From a candidate division WOR-3 bacterium (GTDB lineage: Bacteria > Hydrothermota > Tepidihabitantia > SM23-42): a DNA stretch of 34,146 nt. Below are positions 1 through 8,710 of this stretch, in pieces. How positions within the stretch are numbered: position 1 is the stretch's first letter; every line of letters begins with the position of its first letter. Where the stretch lies: the NCBI GenBank assembly GCA_023128195.1, contig JAGMEL010000054.1, positions 1-34,146 on the forward strand, in the 5' to 3' direction. The notes under the pieces are model-generated. The model saw only the letters and a list, made by a program, of their open reading frames with translations, was not told where the DNA came from and did no database searches. The translations under genes were made by a program, and so were the position numbers.

Positions 1-39
1 TGGGATTTGGAGTTTGGGATTTGGGATTTAATTATATTT

Positions 40-621
40 ATGGCATTAATTAATTACGCATCAAGAGAAATAAACGCTAAGATTGTATATTATGGTCCTG
101 GCCTGGGTGGGAAGACCACAAATATTAGATACATCTATAGTAAGTTGAATCCTTCTATTAAAGGAAAATTGATAAGTTTAGCCACGGAACTTGACCGAAC
201 GCTGTTTTTCGATTTTTTGCCTGTTGATCTTGGGACCATAAGGGGGTTTAAAACGAGATTCCATCTTTATACAGTTCCTGGTCAGGTTTTTTATAATGCC
301 TCACGTAAATTGATCCTTAGGGGAGTCGATGGAATTATATTTGTCGCAGATTCACAGATTGAACGATTTGATGAAAACTTAGAGTCATTGGATAATATGC
401 AGGATAACTTAAAGACCTATAATTTAAATTTAGAAAAAATTCCATTTGTTTTTCAATATAATAAAAGGGATTTACCTAACATCACCTCAGTAGAAGAATT
501 ACAAAAGGTTTTAAATCCTCAGAAGGTACGCGCTTATTTTGAAGCTGTTGCAACTCAGGGGATTGGTGTTTTTGAGACATTGAAAGAAGTATGTAAATAT
601 GTGCTTAAAGATCTGGCATAG
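40..621 (+). CDS. mglA: Ras-like small GTPase MglA (gliding/polarity regulator family)
   Basis: N-terminus MALINYASREINAKIVYYGPGLGGKTT (P-loop), then TDRTLFFDFLP, RFHLYTVPGQVFY and YNKRDL match the MglA signature along the full length. The ATG at 40 is the likely true start; the ORF-track start at 7 adds 11 residues not seen in MglA. Confidence 0.9.
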   Translation: MALINYASREINAKIVYYGPGLGGKTTNIRYIYSKLNPSIKGKLISLATELDRTLFFDFLPVDLGTIRGFKTRFHLYTVPGQVFYNASRKLILRGVDGIIFVADSQIERFDENLESLDNMQDNLKTYNLNLEKIPFVFQYNKRDLPNITSVEELQKVLNPQKVRAYFEAVATQGIGVFETLKEVCKYVLKDLA

Positions 622-642
622 TCGATTCAACAATAGATAATA

Positions 643-933
643 ATGTCTTCACAAATCTGCAGTCGATGTAGAAAAGTAATAAATCCTGGTGATTTATTCT
701 ATCGTTTGACTATTAAGGTCTTTGCTGATTTTGATGGTGTAATCAACATTAAAGATAGAAAAATAGATTTAGATAAGGAATTCGAAAAAATAAAATCCTG
801 TCCCGAGGATTTACTTGAAGAAGAAGTATATAAAGAATTCGATTTCATTCTGTGTCCAAGATGCAAAGAAATATACTGTGCCAATCCTTTATATTTACCA
901 TTGGGCGAAATAAAGATCGACGATAATGTTTAG
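643..933 (+). CDS. small zinc-ribbon protein (CxxC...CxxC), function unknown
   Basis: 96 aa with CSRC near the N-terminus and CPRC near the C-terminus. It starts 22 nt after the mglA stop on the same strand. No family recognised. Confidence 0.55.
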   Translation: MSSQICSRCRKVINPGDLFYRLTIKVFADFDGVINIKDRKIDLDKEFEKIKSCPEDLLEEEVYKEFDFILCPRCKEIYCANPLYLPLGEIKIDDNV

Positions 934-951
934 GAATAAATACAGTACAAC

Positions 952-1003
952 ATCACTGCGTTCGCAGCACCACTGCGTTCGCAGTATCACCTTTAGTTCG
1001 CGC
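952..1003. repeat. tandem 17-bp repeat, two good units plus one degenerate unit, each carrying GTTCGC
   Basis: ATCACTGCGTTCGCAGC (952-968) and ACCACTGCGTTCGCAGT (969-985) are followed by the degenerate ATCACCTTTAGTTCGCGC. Each good unit contains the interrupted palindrome CTGCG-TT-CGCAG. Confidence 0.8.
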
Positions 1004-1035
1004 AATTACGTTCTGTCATGTTTTGGCGAGGGGAA

Positions 1036-1068
1036 CGATCCTGCAAGCCCCGAAGGGGCGATCCTGCA
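1036..1068. repeat. direct repeat CGATCCTGCA x2 flanking a GC hairpin GCCCC-GAA-GGGGC
   Basis: CGATCCTGCA occurs at 1036-1045 and 1059-1068, with the hairpin at 1047-1059. It lies immediately upstream of the probable dnaE start and is GC-rich relative to its surroundings. Confidence 0.75.
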
Positions 1069-1077
1069 TTTAAAACC

Positions 1078-4000
1078 ATGACCTTTATTCATTTACATAA
1101 CCACACAGAATACTCATTGCTCGATGGTGCAATGAAGATTGATCGACTTACTGAGCTTGCAGCAAAATACAAGATGCCAGCCCTTGCAATAACTGATCAT
1201 GGCAATATGTTTGGTGCGATTAAGTTCTATAAAAGTGCACATAGACGAGGCATAAAACCAATAATAGGTATTGAAACATACATTGCACCCAGATCAAGAT
1301 TGGATCAGTCAAAAAATATACGAATTCCAGAATCTTCGTTTCATTTGACCCTTTTATGCGAAGACGAAACAGGATATAAAAATTTAATAAAGTTGTCATC
1401 ATTAGCCTATCTTGAGGGGTTCTATTATAAGCCAAGGATAGATAAAGAAATTTTATCGCAATATCACAAAGGATTAATAGGTTTATCAGGTTGTCTTAAA
1501 GGAGAAATACCATATAAAATTGGTATGGGTGATATTAAAGGTGCTAAAAAATCTCTTCAAGAATATCAAGATATTTTAGGCAAAAACAATTTCTATATTG
1601 AAATAATGAGACTGGGTATTAAAAAAGAAGAAAGAGTTCATAAAGAATTAATCAATCTTGCGAATGAATTTGATGCACCTCTTGTTGCAACAAATGACTG
1701 CCATTATTTCTATGCGGATGATTATAAAGCCCATGATGTTCTTTTATGTATCGGGACAAAAAAAACATTATCTGACAGAGAACGCCTACGTTTTGAAACG
1801 CATTATGCTTATTTTCGTTCACCCAAGGAAATGGCAAAACTATTTGAGGACTTACCTGAGGCAATTACAAATACAAGATTGATTGCTGAAAGATGTAATC
1901 TAAAGATTGATACTTCAGGAAAAGATGTGAAACTTCCAACTTTTCCAAGACCACAAAATTTTGAGACCGATTTTGACTATCTCAAATATTTAACATTTGA
2001 AAATGTAAAACATCGATTTGACAGGACAACTCCGGGTATCGAGGAGAGATTGAGATATGAATTAGGGATTATTAAAAAGATGGGGTTGTCAGGATACTTT
2101 CTCATCGTGCGGGAGATTGTTGAGTTTGCTCGGGAAAAAGGGATTCCGGTTGGACCAGGTCGAGGTTCAGCAGTTGGCAGTCTGGCATTATATTCCCTTG
2201 GTATAACTGATGTGGATCCCTTGAAATACAATCTTATTTTTGAAAGATTTCTCAACCCTGATCGACTTAGTCTGCCTGATGTTGATGCTGATTTTGGCGA
2301 TACGAGAAGGGATGAGATAATAGATTTTATTAAAAAGAGATATGGTGAAAAGAATGTTACGCAGGTGATCACCTTTGGTACAATGCAGGCACGGGCTGTG
2401 CTCAGGGATGTAGCCAGAGTTATGAGTATACCTTATGGTGAAATCGATCGTATAGCAAAACTCATTCCATTTCACAAGAGTATTGATGAGGCAATAAATG
2501 AAGTTAAGGAGCTCAAGACCCTTATTGACTCCAAGGAAGAATACAAAGAATTGGTAGATATTGCCAAAAAACTGGAAGGAATTGCCCGCCATCCAGCTAC
2601 CCATGCTGCTGGTGTAGTAATTACACCCAAGGAACTGGTTGAATATGTGCCACTATTCAGAAGCCCGGACCGGGGCGAAATTTCTACACAATATGCAAAA
2701 AATTCTCTGGAAGACATTGGAATACTCAAGATGGATATATTGGGTCTACGAACCCTGACCGTTATTGATAACACGCTTAAACTTATTGGCAGGCAGGTTG
2801 GAAACATCTCAATCTATGATAAGGAGACCTATGATATGCTCAAGCGGGGTGAGACAGTCGGTGTCTTTCAACTTGAGAGCCAAGGCATGCAAGAGATTCT
2901 GAAGAGCTTCAAACCCGAGAATTTTGAGGATTTAATTGCAGTAATTGCTCTGTATCGACCCGGACCCATGGGTAATATACAGAAAATGATCGAGAACAAG
3001 AATAACCCGAGAAAGATCAGATATCTACATCCTTTATTAGAACCGATTCTAAAAGAAACCTATGGTATGATTGTATATCAGGAGCAGGTTATGCGTATTG
3101 CTTCAACCGTTGCTGGATTCACTATGGCTGAAGCTGATACACTGCGTCGGGCAATGGGCAAGAAAATTCCTGAACTCATGAATGAAACAAGAGAAAAATT
3201 TATCTCGGGTGCTTGTGATAAAGGTCTTGTAGCCAGTGTTGCTGAAGATATATTCAATAAGGTTGCGCCCTTTGCAGGTTATGGTTTTAATAAATCACAT
3301 GCTGCTGCTTATGCGGCGTTGGCTAATCAAACGGCCTATCTTAAATGCCATTTTCCACAAGAATTCTTGATTTCTTTATTGAACAGCGAGATAAATGATA
3401 CTAAAAGATTATGGATTTTAATACGTGAAGTAAGAAGAATGGGAATGAAGATTTTAGCGCCTGATATAAACAAAAGTATTTATGAATTTAAAAAAGAAGG
3501 ATCTAATATAAGATATGGTCTTGGTGCCTTGAAAAATCTTGGAAAACCAATTGTTCAAACGATTCTTAAAGAAGTGCAGCGCGGTCCATTTACATCATTC
3601 TTTGAATTTCAAGCGCGAGTAAAGGGTTTGAATAAAAAATCTTTAGAATCTCTTATAAAATCCGACGCATTCCGTGAGTTTGAACCCGATATAAATAAAT
3701 TATTAAAGATTTTTACGAAAAATGAGGATGTGTTTGGTAGACAAGGTGTTCTTTTTGATGATTATAATGAAAATGATACGAAAAGACCAGAAAATACTAA
3801 AGATGTTGACCAGGATAATATATTGTATCAAAAAGAGGCTTTTGGATTCTATTTTTCCAAACATCCATTAGAAAATTATCAGGAAGAATTTTCTGCACTA
3901 GGGTTATTACCGATAAATGATCTTAGTAGTGTAAAAAATGGTGATTATATAATAATAGGCGGGCTGCTAAATTCAAAAAAGGTAAAAAAAGACAGAAAAG

Positions 4001-4440
4001 GGCGTAATTATGCCATTGTGAATTTAGAGGATTTTGAAGGTGCTATAGATGTATTTATTTTTTCAGACAATTTTGATAAATATTCACATATATTGAAAGT
4101 AGATACTCCATTAATAATTAAAGGTCGGATTTCAGGTGATGAAGACAGGAAAAGCATAAGGGCAGAGAATATTATCTTGTTTAAAGAAGCCAGGCACCAT
4201 TATAAGAAGATATATATTAATATTGATAGTAATAAACTTCCTGAACATGATCTTAAAAAGTTGTATGAGTTGATAAATAATAATAAAGGTGAATGTGAAA
4301 TTTGGTTTAAAGTGAATGGAAAAGAAGAATCTCGAAAATTTAGGTCGCGCACAATGAAAATAAAACCAGAACCAAAGGTAATTGATAAAATCAAAGATAT
4401 TGTTGGTGATATGTCTCTAAATATATACGGCAAAATATGA
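1078..4440 (+). CDS. dnaE: DNA polymerase III alpha subunit
   Basis: PHP domain start MTFIHLHNHTEYSLLDG, followed by ITDHGNMFGAIKFY, GPGRGSAVGSLALYSLGITDVDP, PDVDADF, KMDILGL, YRPGPM and FNKSHAAAYA. Length is about 1120 aa. The start was moved to the ATG at 1078 because the 20 extra residues from 1018 are not DnaE-like and overlap repeats. Confidence 0.95.
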   Translation: MTFIHLHNHTEYSLLDGAMKIDRLTELAAKYKMPALAITDHGNMFGAIKFYKSAHRRGIKPIIGIETYIAPRSRLDQSKNIRIPESSFHLTLLCEDETGYKNLIKLSSLAYLEGFYYKPRIDKEILSQYHKGLIGLSGCLKGEIPYKIGMGDIKGAKKSLQEYQDILGKNNFYIEIMRLGIKKEERVHKELINLANEFDAPLVATNDCHYFYADDYKAHDVLLCIGTKKTLSDRERLRFETHYAYFRSPKEMAKLFEDLPEAITNTRLIAERCNLKIDTSGKDVKLPTFPRPQNFETDFDYLKYLTFENVKHRFDRTTPGIEERLRYELGIIKKMGLSGYFLIVREIVEFAREKGIPVGPGRGSAVGSLALYSLGITDVDPLKYNLIFERFLNPDRLSLPDVDADFGDTRRDEIIDFIKKRYGEKNVTQVITFGTMQARAVLRDVARVMSIPYGEIDRIAKLIPFHKSIDEAINEVKELKTLIDSKEEYKELVDIAKKLEGIARHPATHAAGVVITPKELVEYVPLFRSPDRGEISTQYAKNSLEDIGILKMDILGLRTLTVIDNTLKLIGRQVGNISIYDKETYDMLKRGETVGVFQLESQGMQEILKSFKPENFEDLIAVIALYRPGPMGNIQKMIENKNNPRKIRYLHPLLEPILKETYGMIVYQEQVMRIASTVAGFTMAEADTLRRAMGKKIPELMNETREKFISGACDKGLVASVAEDIFNKVAPFAGYGFNKSHAAAYAALANQTAYLKCHFPQEFLISLLNSEINDTKRLWILIREVRRMGMKILAPDINKSIYEFKKEGSNIRYGLGALKNLGKPIVQTILKEVQRGPFTSFFEFQARVKGLNKKSLESLIKSDAFREFEPDINKLLKIFTKNEDVFGRQGVLFDDYNENDTKRPENTKDVDQDNILYQKEAFGFYFSKHPLENYQEEFSALGLLPINDLSSVKNGDYIIIGGLLNSKKVKKDRKGRNYAIVNLEDFEGAIDVFIFSDNFDKYSHILKVDTPLIIKGRISGDEDRKSIRAENIILFKEARHHYKKIYINIDSNKLPEHDLKKLYELINNNKGECEIWFKVNGKEESRKFRSRTMKIKPEPKVIDKIKDIVGDMSLNIYGKI

Positions 4441-4534
4441 GTATAAAAAGGCAAAAAAAGGCACAACATGGCTCAAAAAGGCTCGAGAGGGCTTTAATGG
4501 CCGCCAATTATAGCCCTTTTATTAAGGAGGTTAG

Positions 4535-5209
4535 ATGGTTTTAATCCTATTTTTCTTTAATCTATATTATGTTGATCAACCTTATCCAGATGTTTTAGAA
4601 CATGGTGAATTTGAACTTCAACTTCGTTTTGGTCCGGGCGGAGAGATTCTAGGGTTTTTTAATATTGGTGTTCTAAATAGATTTGGATTTGGGATAAGTT
4701 ATGGTGCTTCTAATCTTATTGGTGCTGGTGATCCAAATTTCTATGAGTTACCAGGTGTTCAGGTAAAGATTGCGGTAATTGAACAAGGATTTGCAGTACC
4801 ACAGATTTTATTTGGATTTGATAACCAGGGTTATGGCGGATATGACAGTGCAAGGTATGTAATTATGTCCAAAGGTCTATATTGTCAAATAGGAAAGACG
4901 CTTTCTTGGCCAAATATAGAATTTGTTCCGAGCTTTGGTATAAACTATTGTTTTGAAAAAGATAATAGATTCGATTTATTCTTTGGAATGAAAACTCTAT
5001 TTGGTTCAAGTACGTCTTTAATGATCGATTATACGCCAAATCTAAAGGATGATCTCGATCAAAACAAAGGTTATTTAAATATGAGCCTTAAATTCATTTT
5101 TTATGAAGAATTGTTCTTTGAAGTTGCCTTACGTGATCTTCTTGATAACAGCCCAGAAGACCTGCAGTTAAATAGAATGATCAGACTCGGGTATAAACAG
5201 ATTTTTTAG
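4535..5209 (+). CDS. hypothetical protein, possible small outer-membrane beta-barrel
   Basis: Strong RBS AAGGAGG 5 nt upstream. Alternating aromatic/Gly-rich segments and a C-terminal ...GYKQIF ending in Phe are typical of OMPs. The N-terminus is hydrophobic but is not a clean signal peptide. Confidence 0.45.
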   Translation: MVLILFFFNLYYVDQPYPDVLEHGEFELQLRFGPGGEILGFFNIGVLNRFGFGISYGASNLIGAGDPNFYELPGVQVKIAVIEQGFAVPQILFGFDNQGYGGYDSARYVIMSKGLYCQIGKTLSWPNIEFVPSFGINYCFEKDNRFDLFFGMKTLFGSSTSLMIDYTPNLKDDLDQNKGYLNMSLKFIFYEELFFEVALRDLLDNSPEDLQLNRMIRLGYKQIF

Positions 5210-5258
5210 CAATGTTTCACGTGAAACATTCTACTATAAATTATTCAAGGAGGTATTT

Positions 5259-5585
5259 ATGATTAAAGAATTAACTGATGGTAATTTTCATCAGGAAGTT
5301 GAGAAATCGGAAATCCCATATATTGTGGATTTTTGGGCAATTTGGTGTGCACCTTGTTCAATGGTTGCTCCTGTATTAGAAGAAATTGCTAAAGAACAGG
5401 AAGGAAAAGTTAAAATAGGCAAGATTAATGTGGACAATGAGATAAAAATAGCAAATGAATATACGATTCAGAATATACCGACTGTTATTATATTTAACCA
5501 AGGTAAAGAAGTTGAAAGAATAATTGGTGCAGTTCCTAAAGATCATATTGAAAAAAAGTTAAAAAAATATATAAGCGAAAAATAA
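5259..5585 (+). CDS. trxA: thioredoxin
   Basis: 108 aa with VDFWAIWCAPC active site and a ...IPTVIIF... thioredoxin fold pattern. RBS AAGGAGG upstream. Confidence 0.9.
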   Translation: MIKELTDGNFHQEVEKSEIPYIVDFWAIWCAPCSMVAPVLEEIAKEQEGKVKIGKINVDNEIKIANEYTIQNIPTVIIFNQGKEVERIIGAVPKDHIEKKLKKYISEK

Positions 5586-5603
5586 TAAGAATAAGGAGAA
5601 AAA

Positions 5604-6101
5604 ATGATTAAAAATCTATGGAAGATTGTATTAATTCTCTTGATATTTTTTGTTGTTTGTACAACTAAAGATCAGGAACAAGGAAAGACTTCAAATAACA
5701 GAGATTTTACACTGACAACGATTGATAATGAAGAAATTACTCTGTCAAAATTAAAGGACAAGGTTGTGCTCATTGATTTTTGGACTACGTGGTGTGCACC
5801 TTGTAGATATAGTATACCTGTTTTCATAAAACTTTATAATAAATTTCATGAACAGGGATTTACTGTTCTTGGTATAGGGCTTGAAGAAAAAGCACCGTTG
5901 GAAACTTATAGAAATCAACATAATATTCCCTATCCAATTCTCATTGGAAATAAAGAAGTTGCTCGAGCATTTGGTGTTCAGGCAATTCCGCATATTTTTA
6001 TTATTGATAAAAAAGGTAAAATAAGAAAAACACAACTCGGGTTTTCCCCAGGATTAGAGGCTGATTTTGAGACTTTGATTGACTCATTAATAAAAGAATG
6101 A
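5604..6101 (+). CDS. TlpA/ResA-like thiol-disulfide oxidoreductase (thioredoxin fold, exported or lipoprotein)
   Basis: Hydrophobic N-terminus with Cys (FFVVCTT). IDFWTTWCAPCRYSIP active site and a later AIPHIFIIDKKGKI motif are typical of the AhpC/TSA-TlpA family. Confidence 0.8.
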   Translation: MIKNLWKIVLILLIFFVVCTTKDQEQGKTSNNRDFTLTTIDNEEITLSKLKDKVVLIDFWTTWCAPCRYSIPVFIKLYNKFHEQGFTVLGIGLEEKAPLETYRNQHNIPYPILIGNKEVARAFGVQAIPHIFIIDKKGKIRKTQLGFSPGLEADFETLIDSLIKE

Positions 6102-6152
6102 GCCAATAAAATAATAGTCACAGAAAAGTATAATATAAACAGAGATCTTTAT

Positions 6153-6548
6153 ATGATTAAACTAACCTTAAATAAAGGATTGCAATTTATTGCAGAAGAT
6201 GAATATAATCATAAAATTATTATTGATACTGCACAAAATCTTGGAGGTTTTGATCAGGGATTTCGGCCTATGGATCTGCTTCTTGTTGCCCAGGCTGGAT
6301 GTATGGGTATGGATATAGTTTATATCCTTAAGAAAAAAGGCGGGAAAATCGATAAATTTGAGATATTAATACAGGGACAAAGAGCGCGTGAACATCCAAA
6401 AAGATATAAAAAGATAATTGTAAAATTTATATGTGAGGGAGATTATGAACGTAAAGATCTGTTGCGTTCATTTGAACTCTCTAGGGATAAATATTGCGGA
6501 GTATCTGCAACATTAAAAGATTGCCCAGAATTAGAATTTCTAATTTAG
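6153..6548 (+). CDS. OsmC/Ohr family peroxiredoxin-like protein
   Basis: 131 aa. RPMDLLLVAQAGCMGMD and C-terminal DKYCGVSATL (two conserved Cys) match the OsmC family pattern. Confidence 0.8.
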   Translation: MIKLTLNKGLQFIAEDEYNHKIIIDTAQNLGGFDQGFRPMDLLLVAQAGCMGMDIVYILKKKGGKIDKFEILIQGQRAREHPKRYKKIIVKFICEGDYERKDLLRSFELSRDKYCGVSATLKDCPELEFLI

Positions 6549-6567
6549 CAGGTTCATTCTAGAATAA

Positions 6568-8001
6568 TTATTTTAATTTAACAACCTTCTTTAAGAAAAA
6601 CTCATTATTGTTATTTAAAATACAGAAATAGGTTCCTGTTGGCAATTCTTTGCCATAATCATCAGTTCCATCCCAATACACAGAAACCACAGATTTATTT
6701 GGATTACACAGATTAGTAACAGGGAAGGAACGAGCCAGTCTTCCTGTAGCATCGTAAATACTCATTGTGACTTGGCTCTTGGAACTTGGAGTTTGGAATT
6801 TGATATTTGTCAGCTTTGAAAATGGATTTGGCGCTATGCTAAAAGAAGTTGTTTTATAGTTCCTTTTTGTTTGTTCCACTCCGATTGGATACTCAAAATC
6901 AGCAAAATAAATACTGTAAGGTAGTATTTCTCCTTGTGTCCAGATTAAATATGCACCACAGCAATTCGGAAATCTGATTGGTTCATCAATATTGAATAAT
7001 GCTCTTAATGAACCTCCATCATACCATCCGCCAGCCCACAGATAATAGAGATTGTAATATATATCAATATAACCTGAGGAATCTTCTTGCCAGAAAAGAT
7101 AACTCCAGTTTTCACCGACTGTTGAGATAACCGGATACATAGAATGTCCCTGGGTTGGATAACCTCCGCCCGGGTTACCGCCATAAAAAAATGCTTCTAA
7201 ATTACCGGATGTACTATCTTCCCAGCAAGCAGATAATGAGTCCAGACCATAGCAAAAATCGAGCGAAGGGTGTCGAAGTACATGCCAGTGGTCAGCCAAG
7301 GAATATGTTGTTATCCAATTACTTCCTTCTTTATATCGATAAAGTATATGATAAGGCGTGTAAGAACTAGTATCAACACAAGCCCACAATATATATATAC
7401 GATTATCCGGTTGGAATATACTAATAGATGAATGTGAATTAGTTGCCTGTGCAGAACCATAATCACTTATCCTAAAGGTATCACTAAGAAAACCATTATC
7501 GCATGAACGATAAAAGATTTGATTATACCCATCTACATCCTCGGTCCAGGTAATATGGGCAACAAGGCTTGAATCAATCACTAAATCAGGAAGAATAGAA
7601 TTACCTGATGATTCACTCACATTTATTGGCGGTGCCCAGTCATCAAGACAGTCATAATAGACTTCGTAATTACCACTACCAGAATCAAAATACTGCCACG
7701 CAACATGACGGAATCCATATGTATCAACATCAAGTGCTGGACAAATGCCTTCATGAAAAGCAACTGGTGTCTGCCACGAAATACCCTCGTCAGTTGTAAA
7801 AATGTAATATACACTATCTGAGGAATGATAAACAATATGAATAGTGTCACTCATCCACTCGCCATTCTGCGTTACAATCTTGTGGCTGTTATTAAATGCA
7901 GTTGCATCGAATGAATTGGATGTAGTAACAAAGTGATATTGGGCACGGGTATACACACAGCATATAATAATACAAAACAAACACTTTTGTTGTATAGACA
8001 T
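6568..8001 (-). CDS. secreted repeat protein (sialidase/BNR-like propeller suspected) with T9SS C-terminal sorting domain
   Basis: N-terminal signal-like segment, one Asp-box-like TTDEGISW, and recurring aromatic ..W... strands. The C-terminal ~80 aa (APNPFSKLTNIKF...SIYDATGRLARSF...GTYFCIL...VKLK) match the T9SS type A / FlgD-Ig-like sorting domain. Confidence 0.75.
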   Translation of the reverse strand: MSIQQKCLFCIIICCVYTRAQYHFVTTSNSFDATAFNNSHKIVTQNGEWMSDTIHIVYHSSDSVYYIFTTDEGISWQTPVAFHEGICPALDVDTYGFRHVAWQYFDSGSGNYEVYYDCLDDWAPPINVSESSGNSILPDLVIDSSLVAHITWTEDVDGYNQIFYRSCDNGFLSDTFRISDYGSAQATNSHSSISIFQPDNRIYILWACVDTSSYTPYHILYRYKEGSNWITTYSLADHWHVLRHPSLDFCYGLDSLSACWEDSTSGNLEAFFYGGNPGGGYPTQGHSMYPVISTVGENWSYLFWQEDSSGYIDIYYNLYYLWAGGWYDGGSLRALFNIDEPIRFPNCCGAYLIWTQGEILPYSIYFADFEYPIGVEQTKRNYKTTSFSIAPNPFSKLTNIKFQTPSSKSQVTMSIYDATGRLARSFPVTNLCNPNKSVVSVYWDGTDDYGKELPTGTYFCILNNNNEFFLKKVVKLK

Positions 8002-8017
8002 ATTATACCTCCAATAT

Positions 8018-8045
8018 ATTATACTATGATTAAACTTTTTGTCAA
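8018..8045 (-). promoter_or_regulatory. sigma70-type promoter for the 6568-8001 gene
   Basis: On the minus strand: TTGACA (8045-8040), 16 nt spacer, TATAAT (8023-8018), then GGAGG RBS and ATG at 8001. Confidence 0.55.
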
Positions 8046-8074
8046 GGGCGATTTATGAGCTCTCTGATCTATTA

Positions 8075-8108
8075 ATCGTTTTGTCATTTAGGCAATTGAC
8101 AAAACGAT
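8075..8108. repeat. inverted repeat ATCGTTTTGTCA-N10-TGACAAAACGAT
   Basis: 12-bp perfect arms at 8075-8086 and 8097-8108. It shares the core TTTTGTCAATTG (reverse orientation) with the palindrome at 19576-19613. Confidence 0.85.
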
Positions 8109-8170
8109 GAAACGAGCTGACGATCGGGTTTGTTAAGATGCTCCTTCTTTCTGGTTTAGTTCTGATATAG

Positions 8171-8198
8171 TTGACATATTGAAAAGCATAGCTATTAT
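8171..8198 (+). promoter_or_regulatory. candidate sigma70-type promoter
   Basis: TTGACA (8171-8176), 16 nt spacer, TATTAT (8193-8198). Confidence 0.35.
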
Positions 8199-8229
8199 AG
8201 ATTGTGAAACGTGCAGAGCAAGAAAAATT

Positions 8230-8265
8230 AAAGATGTCTGCTGTTAAAGAACAGCAGACATCTTT
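8230..8265. terminator. perfect 16-bp stem / 4-nt loop hairpin (terminator-like; T-run only on the minus-strand side)
   Basis: AAAGATGTCTGCTGTT-AAAG-AACAGCAGACATCTTT. On the minus strand it is followed by AATTTTTCTT, and on the plus strand by GGGAAAATTGTTTTA. Confidence 0.4.
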
Positions 8266-8357
8266 GGGAAAATTGTTTTAGAGACGCAAATTATGATTAT
8301 AAATCACTCGGTAATAAAGACTGGTCAAAGTTAATAGATAAGCTGAAAAAATATAAT

Positions 8358-8564
8358 GTGAAAAATGTTTTGGACAAAGACACAAAAGATTTTGTCCTGC
8401 TTAATGATGGCACACGAAATTATATAAAGGGGAAATTTAAGTATATGCTCTGGCGATACTGTGCTGATAAAGAAATTAAAGACCTGTGCAAAGATTTTGC
8501 TATTATTGAATTTAATGCAAGGAAAAATGGCAGGCGGAATGTATGGATAAAGAAAAAATCTTAG
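8358..8564 (+). CDS. hypothetical small protein, possibly a gene remnant
   Basis: GTG start with no clear RBS. The same frame stays open upstream to 8232 without an ATG. No family recognised. Confidence 0.25.
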   Translation: MKNVLDKDTKDFVLLNDGTRNYIKGKFKYMLWRYCADKEIKDLCKDFAIIEFNARKNGRRNVWIKKKS

Positions 8565-8710
8565 AATTTTTTACAATATTTATGTGCATTATTTGGAATA
8601 TTGGTTTTAGTATGCTAGAATTCCGATATTTTTCTTTTGATTTGATTGGTTTGAAATCTTAACTTAGTACCGACTCTATTATATAGTGATAACGAAGAGA
8701 GGAGGAAGTA

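Noticed and set aside
1-39. Reverse strand of the TGGGATTT repeats as the tail of a T9SS-cargo gene (it would read KSQIPNSKS, similar to NIKFQTPSSKSQ encoded at 6779-6815)
   Set aside because: There is no room for an ORF. mglA starts at 40, and the only minus-strand ATG nearby is followed immediately by a stop. I treat it as a noncoding repeat.
952-1003. LexA/SOS box upstream of dnaE
   Set aside because: GTTC cores are spaced 17 and 19 nt apart (start to start). This does not fit CTGT-N8-ACAG, GAAC-N4-GTTC or GTTC-N7-GTTC consensus types. No support beyond position.
1220-4469. Antisense and out-of-frame ORFs inside dnaE (1220-1435, 1652-1864, 1658-1882, 1977-2372, 2188-2604, 2472-2807, 4200-4469). 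Analogous shadow ORFs occur inside other long genes (for example 7155-7370, 8791-9652, 12555-13971, 14547-15401, 16530-18345, 20037-20369, 20502-20890, 22122-22349, 23943-24173, 28656-28982, 30836-31117, 32403-33337).
   Set aside because: They are fully embedded in strongly supported genes on another frame or strand, and their translations are low-complexity with no motifs.
4488-4524. Terminator after dnaE (AGGGCT-N18-AGCCCT followed by TTTTATT)
   Set aside because: The stem is only 6 bp with an 18-nt loop, which is too weak to call.
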